DNA from: Macrostomum lignano
Lineage: Eukaryota
DNA: 64,000 nucleotides
Direction of reading: 5' to 3'
Assembly (NCBI GenBank): GCA_002269645.1
Contig: NIVC01000886.1
Span: 124,001-188,000, forward strand
Part shown: in pieces, positions 34,601 to 45,984 of the stretch
Layout: each line of letters opens with the position of its first letter
Numbering within the stretch: the first letter of the stretch is position 1
Notes under the pieces: generated by a model
Told to the model about the DNA's origin: nothing
The model's database searches: none
Seen by the model: only the letters and a program-made list of their open reading frames with translations
Position numbers and translations under genes: made by a program

Positions 34601-37600
34601 AGAAGAAAGCTCTGCTGGCCCAGTTGACCAAGCGCTATGGGAAAGAGGCCGCTCACGTTTGCTCACTGGAGTACCAGAAGCGTGGTGAGTAAAAATTCTG
34701 ACTTGCAAGAATCAAAGTTTTAAGATTTATTAAAATTTAGATTTACAAAGGTTTTGTGATATTTTTTAATACTTTTTTTGACGCTCCAGGTCTTCCTCAT
34801 GTGCACTTTCTGCTGTGGCTCGTGAGCGGTCAGCGAGTGACTCCGGACCGATACGATGACATCGTGTCTGCCGAGATTCCGGACCCAGAGCAGCAGCCTG
34901 TGCTGTATGAGCTGGTGAAGACGCACATGATCCATGGCCCCTGCGGCAAGGAGAATCCGGCGTGTCCTTGCATGGAGAATGGCGAATGCAGCAAGGGCTT
35001 TCCGAAAGAGTTCCAGCAGGTGACGCTGACCAGCGATACTGGCTACCCACTGTACCGCAGACTATCGCCTGAGATGGGCGGATTTACAGTGGACAAACTG
35101 TTCAAAGGCCGGAGCATTCGCATGGACAACAGGGAAGTTCAAACGCTAATATATTGCTTAGTTGTGCATTGCTGCTTTTGTTTCTGAAAGTTAATGATAT
35201 TATTTTTTCATTAAAACAGGTGGGTCGTTCCGTACAGCCCTGAACTGTTGCTCCACTTTGCGTGCCACTTGAACGTCGAAGTTTGCGCCACTGTGAAGTC
35301 GGTCAAGTACGTGATCAAGTACCTGTTAAAGGGTGGCGACATGGCGACGTTCAAAGTCGATGCCAATAGGAATTCTACTGAACCGAGAGAGCAGGCAGTG
35401 GGTAACCAGCAGCCGACGCAAACGACACGAAATGAGCCGCGGCGTGATGAGATTAAGGAGTACCTGTCCGCGCGCTACATTGGTCCAATGGAAGCCGTGA
35501 ATACCATCTTGGGCTTTGAAGTAATTCGCATTCTAATTATTATTGGCTCATTTTAACCAGAGCTGTGAAACCTCATCATAGTATAAATTGAATTTCCATC
35601 GAAACTTAAAGGCTGTATATTTTCCTTTCACTTTCTGATCAGGTGCACAACAGGTTTCCGGCGGTCATCCGACTCTGCGTTCACAAGTCGGAAGAGCAGC
35701 TCGTGTATTTCAACGAGGGGACCGCAAGAGCAAAAGCGAGAACGCCGAAGGATTCGACGTTGACGGCATTTTTCAAGCTGTGCCGTATTGACGAATTTGC
35801 TGGGTCCTTGCTCTACACGGACGTGCCGTCCTACTTCGTGTGGCACTCCAGTGAAAGAGAGTGGCGGCGGGCCAAGCAGGGTGTGCGAGTCGATGGCCAT
35901 CCGGGTGTAGTGCGGAACAAAAACGTTGCACGCATGTATACGGTGAGTCCAAGAGCAGGTGATTTATTTTACGTTCGAATGCTCCTTTTGAATGTTAGGG
36001 GACCGACTAGCTTCGAGGCGCTGCAGACCGTGGACGGCGTTGTGCATCCGAGCGCCAAGGCTGCTTGCATGGCCCTTGGCCTGCTGCAGCGAGATGATCA
36101 CTGGCGGCGGTGTCTAGCTGAGGCCGTTCAGTCAAGAATGCCAAGAGCCCTGAGACATCTTCTGGCCGTAATTCTCATATGGGGTGAGCCTGAGGATGGC
36201 AGCGACCTCTGGTGCAGTTTTGCCGAGGATCTCAGCGAGGACCTGCGGTTCCACCACCGAGACTTGAGCACCGAGGAGATTACTGACCTGGCGCTGCGTG
36301 AGCTTCAGAGCATGCTGATCTCCATGGGCGGGAGAAGCCTGCCAGAGTACGGCCTGCCTGCGGCCTCCGTGACACCTCAAGATGGACCAATGCAGTTTGA
36401 TACGGTTGAGCAAGCACTGATTACTGAGGCGCGCTTACCAATGCTGACAGATGAGCAGAAAGCGGTGTACGAGTCCGTGACTCAGAATCTTGTGGACGGC
36501 ACCAGCGGCTTGCACTTCCTGGACGCACCTGCTGGCACTGGCAAGACCTTCCTGCTGGAGGTTCTGCTAGCCTTCGTGCGCAGCCGGGGTGAAGTCGCTC
36601 TCGCCGTTGCGGCTTCTGGAATCGCAGCGACTCTTTTGCCAGGTGGACAGACGGCGCATTCAACGTGAGTAATTTATTGTCAATATTTCAAAAAGCAGTT
36701 GTAAATATTTCGTGTGCTGTAAATATGTTCGGCATGGTGAAACTATTTGTCTATGCCAGGTTCAAGATACCAATTCGGGCGATCCGTTCGAGCAAAGACG
36801 TGTGCGCTGTTGGAGCGCAGTCCAAACAGGCCGCTTTATTTCGGACAGTGCGTCTAATTGTCTGGGACGAGATTTCTATGACAAACCGGAAGGATTTGGA
36901 GGCCGTCGACCGGTGCTTGCGAGACGTGCGGAAGCAGGACGTGCCATTCGGCGGAGTGGTTTTCGTTTGCGCTGGGGACTTTCGCCAGCTGCTGCCCGTT
37001 GTGGTGCATGGGACTCGAGCCAACAGCGTCATGGCGTGTGTCAGCAGATCCCCACTGTGGAAATTTTTCCGGCGGCATCGCCTTACAAGAAACATCCGAT
37101 TGCTGAGCAGTTCCGATTCTGCAACGTATTTGAGATACACCGAGCTACTCAAGCAGGTAAGTTTGTTTTCATCAGTTTATTTATTGGAAGATTTAAGGAT
37201 GTTCGGTTTCTTTCGTGTTGAGAGCTCCATTTTAAAAAGTGTGGCTTATTCAAGAATGCCTTGCTTAAAGTCTGTCTAGCGTTTTAAATATTTGACTTTT
37301 AACTCCCCCAGATCGGATCCGGAACAATTGAGCAGGATGCAGAGGAGAAAGTGTCTCTTCCTGCTGAGATCATTATTTCTGCGGAGGCGCCGCTCAATGA
37401 TCTGATAAATTTTGTGTACCCATCGTTTGAGGCCTCAGTGGAGAGGGACGGCTACTTTGCAAGCCGAGCGATCCTGGCGCCGTACAATGACTCAGTGGAT
37501 GCCATCAACGAGACGTGCCTGGGCATGTTCCCCGGCAGCCTGCGGGAGTACCGCTCAATAGACAGTGTGGCCGATGAGGATGCCGCTACGCACTTCCCGC

Positions 37601-38076
37601 CTGAGTTGCTCAACCAGCTGGATGCCCCGAACTTTCCGATTCACTTGCTGAGGCTAAAAGTGGGTATGCCAGTAGTTCTTCTCAGGAACATCAACCCGCC
37701 ACGATTGTGCAATGGTACGCGGCTGATCATACTCGCAATGGGCGAGAACGTGCTTAGATGCAAGATTGCCGCCGGCCAGTTCACGGGAGACGAGATTCTT
37801 CTGCCGCGAATCCCGCTGATTCCTAGCAATGCGGACCTCCCCGTCAGTTTTAAGCGGCTGCAGTTCCCTGTGAAGCCGAGTTTCTGCCTGACGATTCACA
37901 AGTCGCAGGGACAGTCTCTGGACACAGTTGGCATTGACCTGTCAGTCGGTTGCTTCACGCATGGCCAGCTGTACACGGCGCTGTCACGAGCAAAGAACGC
38001 GGCAAATGTTCGCGTCCGGATTCCGGGAACAAGGACCAGAAACGTTGTGTTTCCAGAAGTTCTCACTGAAGAGTAA
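31641..38076 (+). CDS. Helitron RepHel protein: STPR-like 23-aa repeats, OTU-like protease, Zn knuckle, HUH/Y2 Rep, Pif1-family helicase (1776 aa if spliced)
   Basis: Exons 31641-32257, 32544-33074, 33221-33805, 33915-34684, 34790-35132, 35220-35520, 35643-36664, 36760-37156, 37312-38076 (5331 nt, no stops). Motifs: ETDAQREERL (69-bp period), GDGNCFFYA/HYESL, CDQCGALLW..CC, EYQKRGLPHVH, KYVIKY, DAPAGTGKT, WDEISM, GDFRQLLPV, TIHKSQGQSL, HGQLYTALSR. Intron 5 donor reads GG rather than GT. Confidence 0.9.
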
Positions 38077-39214
38077 TTTATTTATCGTAAAAAATGAGGG
38101 GTGAGCAATAATTTTCCTTATTATTGCAAAAGGCTAGAAAGTATATTCATTTATTTTTAAGGAAAAATAGAATAATTATTTCCCATATCTCTTAAGTAAT
38201 AGCTCTCATTCTCTAAAATAATAGCTGTCAATAGCTCTCATTCCTAAAAGAATCGCAGGAAATTTATTGCCCCAACCTCATTTCTAACGAAGCGTAGATA
38301 TTGCGTGGCAGTGAGTACGAGCTAATAGCTGATGAACTTTATGTTGAAGCTCAATTAGGCTTATTTTATTCATTGTATAAATTTTTACAGTCAATTTGCA
38401 CTTTACAGTTAATTTGTATTTTAAGGCAATTTCATATTAGCCGAAAGTAACTTTTGAAACAAACCTTCTTTTGCACTGCTTTTAATGAATTCAATCTTTG
38501 ATGAGCAGTTAATTTTGTCTTTTATTTTTCCCCTGAAATTTCATTATAATTTGTGTAAAAACTTTACTTATTTTATATCGCAAATTTATGCAAAAGACGA
38601 AACAATTTTGTTTTTAGTTTTCCAAGGTTCGCAAAAACTTAACATTAGAGTGAATTTTAGTATATGGATTTTTACGCAAACTACGAGTGACAGTCTTTTT
38701 TCAAAAATCTAAAATATCTCAAGTCACCTGTAACAACTGTGGACTGTAAGCTCATAAAAAACGATTTGCATCAACTTGCGACGGGGCCTTCGTCTTCCAT
38801 ATATTGAAAGTTGAATAATATACGAAACTCACAAGATGTCAATTTTAACTAAGACGAAGGCCCTGAATGAAGCTTTTGTCTTACTTCATTTCTTAATCTT
38901 TGGCGAAACAAATATGAATAGTCTGTGGCAAAGCGCAAAGGCTAAGGAAATAGAGCCAAACTGATTGTTCTGACTATGGATTTGAGGGCAGGAATGAGCG
39001 AATCCGAGGGCTGCGACTATAGACTAACGTAGAGTATTAAAGGAACTCATCTGGTCACATGCAGCCATTGCACACGCTATGTATACGTGACATATCGGTT
39101 GTACTTTTAATGCCATGTTCATAAGTTTCACTTTGTACTTTTCAAGTTTATTCGCAAAAAAATACAAAAAATTCTTGCGTTACAAACGTCAAAAACGTTT
39201 AACAAACGTTAAAA

Positions 39215-40415
39215 ATTAAAGAGCCACCATGTCTAACATTAAAGAGCCACCATGCCAAACATCAAAGAGCCACCATGCCAAACATTAAAGAGCCACCATG
39301 TCAAACATAAAAGGACCAACATGTCAAACATTAAAGAGCCACAATGTCAAGCATAAAAGGACCACCATGTCGAACATTAAAGAGCCACCATGTCAAAAAT
39401 TAAAGAGCCACCATGTCAAGCATAAAAGGACCACCATGTCGAGCATTAAAGAGCCACCATGTCTAACATTAAAGAGCCACCATGTCGAACATTAAAGAGC
39501 TACCATTTCAATCATTAAAGAGCCATCATCACATTGAGGTGCCACCAGGTCAAACATTAAAGAGCCACCATGTCAAAAATAAAAAAGCCACCATGTAGAA
39601 CATTAAAGAGCCATTATGTCAAACCTAAAAGAGCCACCATGTCAAACATTAAAGAGCCACCATGTCAAACATTAAAGAGCCACCATGTCGAACATTAAAG
39701 AGCCACCATGTCAAACATTAAAGAGCCACCATGTCGAACATTAAAGAGCCACCATGTCGAACATTAAAGAGCCACCATGTCGAAGATTATAGAGCCACCA
39801 TGTCGAACATTAAAGAGCCACCATTTCAATCATTAAAGAGCCATCATCACATTGAGGTGCCACCAGGTCAAACATTAAAGAGCCACCATGTCAAACATAA
39901 AAGAGCCACCATGTCCAACATATATGTGACTCCATGTCAAACATTAAAGAGCCACCATGTCAAAAATTAAAGAGCCACCATGTCTATCATTAAAGAGCCA
40001 CCATGTCGAACATTAAAGAGCCACCATGTCAAACATTAAAGAGCCACCATGTCGAACATTAAAGAGCCATTATGTCAAACCTAAAAGAGCCACCATGTCA
40101 AACATTAAAGAGCCACCATGTCGAACATTAAAGAGCCATCATGTCAAACACTAAAAAGCCACCATGTCAAACATAAAAGATACACAATTTCAAACGTAAA
40201 AGTAAGCGTCATGCCAATTTTAAAGGAGCCACTATAGAGCTAAGGAAATTGTTGCACTAGCTACTTATTGTCTGGTGGATGCTTACTATTTGGGGATGCT
40301 TGCTATCTGGGGGATGCTTGCTATCTGGGGGATGCTTGCTATCTGGGGGATGCTTGCTATTTGGGGGATGCTTGCTATCTGGGGGATGCTTGCTATCTGG
40401 GGGATGCTTGCTGTC
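39215..40415 (+). repeat. Right Helitron-internal block: expanded 23-bp repeat, spacer, 18-bp repeat
   Basis: aaagagcc at 39241 and 39264, etc. Spacer ...aggaaattgttgcactagctacttattgtctggtggatgctt is shared with about 30880-30920. Confidence 0.9.
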
Positions 40416-41289
40416 TTGGGATGATTTCTTTTTGCATTACACTTTATTTGAGCAGTTTGTCTGTTGTCTTTGTCAAGGCTTTATTTGGCTGTCTTTTTGT
40501 TACTTGTAGAGAACAGAGATTCTATACAGATGCCCCCCAACGGGGGGCGAAGATTGCTAGTTTCATCTCTATAAATATATTGTGAGCGAGATTTGTGTCT
40601 CGCCGATAAAAGCTTCAATCAAAGAAGCTCTCTGTTTTAATTAGAACACAACAGCTCTTTTGGCTGCAAATCGCACGGCAACCCCCTTAGCCAATTTTTG
40701 AGCTCACAAGCCCCAAGTGAATGTAGCCGCCTCGGGAAATCGAACCGAAGAGATGCTTTGCCCCGAAAGTACACGATCAGCAACTCTAACATTTTTCAGT
40801 GCACCGCATGACTCTGACTCACTACTGTCTACTTATTTTGCAGATTGTTAGTGGTATGTAAGGAGAATGCTGTGGTACATTGCATGATTATTATTTATTA
40901 GCTGTCTATTATTATGAGATGTGACAGAGTTAGCTCATTGTAAAATAATTTCGGGCTCAGCCTTCGAAAAGCAACTTTGTTGAGAGTATCATTGGCTGGC
41001 TTGAGCTGAATATGGGTGCAAATTTAACTCAAATACAACTGGATAAGTCTGTGCTCAGATGCCGTAGTTACTCAGGAATCTCTGAGCTCTATAATCCTGT
41101 CTACATTGATATGATAGCTGATTTACTGTTATAGCTTTTTCCGGTCATTTTTATTGACTTTTTAAACACTTCAAACTGAATTCAAATTGTGCTCAGTAAT
41201 GTCTCTCTGTCACTTTCTGCCGCACCGGCATTCTGCCTTCATTTTGCAACAACCTTCGCCTTACATCTGCTTCATATCCACTCCCTCCA

Positions 41290-43075
41290 GCATCCTTCCA
41301 TTCCCCTCTGCCTCCATCTCCCCCTCCCTGCATCTCCCATCTCCCTCCATCTCCCCCTCCCTCCATCTCCCTTCTCCCTCATCTCCCCTCTACCTCCATC
41401 TCTTCTCTCCCTCCATATCCAGCCTCCCTCCATCTCCCCTCTCCCTCCATCTCTTCTCTCCCTCCATCTCCCCTCTCCCTCCATCTCACTTCTCTCTCCG
41501 TCTCCCTTCTCCCTCCATCTCATCTCTCTCTCCGTCTCCCCTCTCCCTCCATCTCCCTCTCCCTCCATCTTCCCCCTCCCTCCATCTCCCATCTCCCTCC
41601 ATCTCCCCCTCCCTCCATCTCCCCTCTCCCTCATCTCCCCTCTACCTCCATCTCTTCTCTCCCTCCATCTCCCATCTCCCTCCATCTCCCATCTCCCTCC
41701 ATCTCCCCTCTCCCTCCATCTCCCCTCTCCCTCCATCTCCCCTCTCCCTCCATCTTCCCTCTCCCTCCATCTCCCCTCTGCCTCCATCTCCCCTCCCTCC
41801 ATCTCCCATCTCCCTCCATCTCCCCCTCCCTCCATCTCCCCTCTCCCTCATCTCCCCTCTACCTCCATCTCTTCTCTCCCTCCATATCCAGCCTCCCTCC
41901 ATCTCCCCTCTCCCTCCATCTCTTCTCTCCCTCCATCTCTCCTCTCCCTCCATATCCAGCCTCCCTCCATCTCCCCTCTCCCTCCATCTCACTTCTCCCT
42001 CCATCTCCCCTCTACCTCCATCTCTTCTCTCCCTCCATCTCCCATCTCCCTCCATCTCCCCTCTCCCTCCATCTCCCCTCTCCCTCCATCTCCCCTCTCC
42101 CTCCATCTCCCATCTCCCTCCATCTCCCATCTCCCTCCATCTCCCCTCTCCCTCCATCTCCCCTCTCCCTTCATCTCCCCTCTCCCTCCATCTTCCCTCT
42201 CCCTCCATCTCCCATCTCCCTCCATCTCCCATCTCCCTCCATCTCCCATCTCCCTCCATCTCCCCTCTCCCTCCATCTCCCCTCTCCCTCCATCTCCCGT
42301 CTCCCTCTATCTCCCCTCTCACTCCATCTCCCCTCTCCCTCCATCTCCCCTCTCCCTCAATCTCCCGTCTCCCTCCATCTCCCATCTCCCTCCATCTCCC
42401 ATCTCCCTCCATCTCCCATCTCCCTCCATCTCCCCTCTCCCTCCATCTCCCCTCTCCCTCCATCTCCCGTCTCCCTCTATCTCCCTCTCACTCCATCTCC
42501 CCTCTCCCTCCATCTCCCCTCTCCCTCAATCTCCCGTCTCCCTCCATCTCCCATCTCCCTCCATCTCCCATCTCCCTCCATCTCCCATCTCCCTCCATCT
42601 CCCCTCTCCCTCCATCTCCCCTCTCCCTCCATCTCCCGTCTCCCTCTATCTCCCCTCTCACTCCATCTCCCCTCTCCCTCCATCTCCCCTCTCCCTCAAT
42701 CTCCCGTCTTCCTCTATCTCCCCTCTCACTCCATCTCCCCTCTCCCTCCATCTCCCCTCTCCCTCAATCTCCCGTCTCCCTCTATCTCCCCTCTCACTCC
42801 ATCTCCCCTCTCCCTCCATCTCCCCTCTCCCTCAATCTCCCGTCTCCCTCTATCTCCCCTCTCACTCCATCTCCCCTCTCCCTCCATCTCCCCTCTCCCT
42901 CAATCTCCCGTCTCCCTCTATCTCCCCTCTCACTCCATCTCCCCTCTCCCTCCATCTCCCCTCTCCCTCCATCTCCCCTCTCCCTCAATCTCCCGTCTCC
43001 CTCTATCTCCCCTCTCACTCCATCTCTCCTCTCCCTCCATCTCCCCTCTCCCTCCATCTCCCCTCTCCCTCCATA
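41290..43075. repeat. About 17-bp polypyrimidine minisatellite (ctccctccatctcccct)
   Basis: Direct reading; source of the Pro/Ser/Leu/His ORFs. Confidence 0.93.
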
Positions 43076-43699
43076 TTCAATTTTCCTGAATCTCCCATCT
43101 CCCCTTCCATCTTGATAACAACAGAAAAAACTATAACAATTTGCTCTAAAAAGCCAATGCACTCAGCTAAGAAGGCTGTACGCAGTCCCAGCATCCAATA
43201 ATGTTCATCACTATCGGACTCAACCATTCCGCACAAAACTGCTTCACCAATGGGGTGAGTCTGCAACCAGTGCCTCCAGCTCTGAGCAGCCGTCACGCAG
43301 AGCAAGGGATTAATTTATGCCCATTTCTATGCATATAAATATGAATATGGCCAAGTATTGTATTATATGAGTATAAAAACTTGCCAATCCTTTTTGCCAG
43401 CTGTTTTCGAGTCTGAGGAGTCTGGGAAGAGAAAAAAATCACCAAGCTGAGGAACTCAACTTTCTATAACTCTATAATATACACACACATATATATATAT
43501 ATAAACTGCCTCGTCTGTGCATTTCACCGCCATCTGCATGCCGGCTATCTTTGCGCGCCTTCAGTGAGTCATGATTGCCGGCAAGATCAGCTGCCTGTTT
43601 CGGAACTGGCTGCAGAAATATCAGCCTGCACCTGAGCAGCATGGGGTGAGCGGCTCTCACGGCTGTTGTGGCTGCGACAGTGAGGTCTGCTGTCTTGCT

Positions 43700-45690
43700 G
43701 CCTCTCTTTCTCTCTGTCTCCCTGTCTCTCTAACTCCCTCTCTCTGTCTCCAGCTGTCTCTCTAGCTCCCTCTCTCTGTCTCCCTGTCTCTCTGTCTCCC
43801 TCTCTCTGTCTCCCTCTCTCTGTCTCCCTGTCTTTCTGTCTCCCTCTCTCTGTCTCCCTCTCTCTGTCTCCCTGTCTCTCTGTCTCCCTCTCTCTGTCTC
43901 CCTCTCTCTGTCTCCCTCTCTCTGTCTCCCTCTCTCTGTCTCCCTGTCTCTCTGTCTCCCTCTCTCTGTCTCCCTCTCTCTGTCTCCCTGTCTCTCTGTC
44001 TCCCTCTCTCTGTCTATCTCTCTCTGTCTCCCTCTCTCTGTCTACCTCTCTCTGTCTCCCCCTCTCTGTCTCCCTCTCTCTGTCTCCCTCTCTCTGTCTC
44101 CCCCTCTCTGTCTCCCTCTCTCTGTCTCCCTCTCTCTGTCTCCCTCTCTCTGTCTCCCCCTCTCTGTCTCCCTCTCTCTGTCTCCCTCTCTCTGTCTCCC
44201 TCTCTCTGTCTCCCTCTCTCTGTCTCCCTCTCTCTGTCTCCCTCTCTCTGTCTCCCTGTCTCTCTGTCTCCCTCTCTCTGTCTCCCTCTCTCTGTCTCCC
44301 TCTCTCTGTCTCTCTGTCTCCCTGTCTCTGTCTCCCTCTCTCTGTCTCCCTCTCTCTGTCTCCCCCTCTCTGTCTCCCTCTCTCTGTCTCCCTCTCTCTG
44401 TCTCCCTCTCTCTGTCTCCCTCTCTCTGTCTCCCTGTCTCTCTGTCTCCCTCTCTCTGTCTCCCTGTCTCTCTGTCTCCCTCTCTCTGTCTCCCTGTCTC
44501 TCTGTCTCCCTCTCTCTGTCTCCCTGTCTCTCTGTCTCCCTCTCTCTGTCTCCCTGTCTCTCTAACTCCCTCTCTCTGTCTCCCTGTCTCTCTGTCTCCC
44601 TCTCTCTGTCTCCCTTTCTCTGTCTCCCTGTCTCTCTGTCTCCCTCTCTCTGTCTCCCTCTCTCTGTCTCCCTGTCTCTCTGTCTCCCTGTCTCTCTAAC
44701 TCCCTCTCTCTGTCTCCCTGTCTCTCTAACTCCCTCTCTCTGTCTCCCTCTCTCTGTCTCCCTGTCTCTCTGTCTCCCTGTCTCTCTGTCTCCCTCTCTC
44801 TGTCTCCCTGTCTCTCTAACTCCCTCTCTCTGTCTCCCTGTCTCTCTGTCTCCCTGTCTCTCTGTCTCCCTGTCTCTCTGTCTCCCTCTCTCTGTCTCCC
44901 TGTCTCTCTAACTCCCTCTCTCTGTCTCCCTGTCTCTCTGTCTCCCTGTCTCTCTGTCTCCCTGTCTCTCTGTCTCCCTCTCTCTGTCTCCCTGTCTCTC
45001 TGTCTCCCTCTCTCTGTCTCCCTCTCTCTGTCTCCCTCTCTCTGTATCCCTCTCTCTGTCTCCCTCTCTCTGTCTCCCTGTCTCTCTGTCTCCCTCTCTC
45101 TGTCTCCCTGTCTCTCTGTCTCCCTGTCTCTCTGTCTCCCTGTCTCTCTGTCTCCCTCTCTCTGTCTCCCTGTCTCTCTGTCTCCCTCTCTCTCTCTCCC
45201 TCTCTCTCTAACTCCCTCTCTCTGTCTCCCTGTCTCTCTAACTCCCCCTCTCTGTCTCCCTGTCTCTCTAACTCCCTCTCTCTGTCTCCCTGTCTCTCTG
45301 TCTCCCTGTCTCTCTGTCTCCCTCTCTCTGTCTCCCTGTCTCTCTGTCTCCCTGTCTCTCTGTCTCCCTCTCTCTGTCTCCCTGTCTCTCTGTCTCCCTC
45401 TCTCTGTCTCCCTGTCTCTCTGTCTCCCTCTCTCTGTCTCCCTGTCTCTCTGTCTCCCTCTCTCTGTCTCCCTGTCTCTCTGTCTCCCTCTCTCTGTCTC
45501 CCTCTCTCTGTCTCCCTCTCTCTGTCTCCCTGTCTCTCTGTCTCCCTCTCTCTGTCTCCCTGTCTCTCTGTCTCCCTGTCTCTCTATCTCCCTCTCTCTG
45601 TCTCCCCCTCTCTGTCTCCCTCTCTCTGTCTCCCTGTCTCTCTGTCTCCCTGTCTCTCTGTCTCCCTGTCTCTCTGTCTCCCTCTCTCTC
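43700..45690. repeat. 14-16-bp polypyrimidine minisatellite (tctccctctctctg)
   Basis: Direct reading. Confidence 0.95.
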
Positions 45691-45984
45691 TCCTTCTCTT
45701 TGCCCCCTGTCCCCTATCGCCCTAGGGGATAGGGGACATATATACCGCTATAAAGTTTTATTTGTATCATGAGAGCAAGAGATATAATGAGAAGTAGCAC
45801 TGCTTTTAGGACAGCCCTCGTAACTTTTATATTCCAAAATTCATCCGGAAATAAAAAAGTTGTATGGAATGAAAATTTTATTGCACTACACTTTAAACTT
45901 TTATCATTTCGTAAATAGCTGATTAACAATAATAAACTGAAAATAAGAAGAAGCTAACAAAAGAGAGGCCGAAAAGAAGAGGTA

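Larger units (their letters stand above)
29943..40560 (+). mobile_element. Helitron rolling-circle transposon, apparently full length (about 10.6 kb)
   Basis: 3' end: hairpin gcccccc-aac-ggggggc (40532-40548), CTAG (40557-40560), then T. Candidate 5' end A|TC at 29942/29943 (alternative 29936), followed by a (GTAT)n and aaaacggctcaaccgatttt subterminal block typical of Helitron 5' ends. Internal RepHel gene. Confidence 0.88.

Noticed and set aside
40561-40700. Second Helitron 5' end (a|tctctataaatatattg) just after the CTAG
   Set aside because: Short AT-rich resemblance only; no matching 3' end or coding sequence found.
43166-43680. Candidate upstream exons of the coiled-coil gene (also about 50068-50140)
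   Set aside because: Splice-like signals exist, but I could not join them in a consistent stop-free phase.
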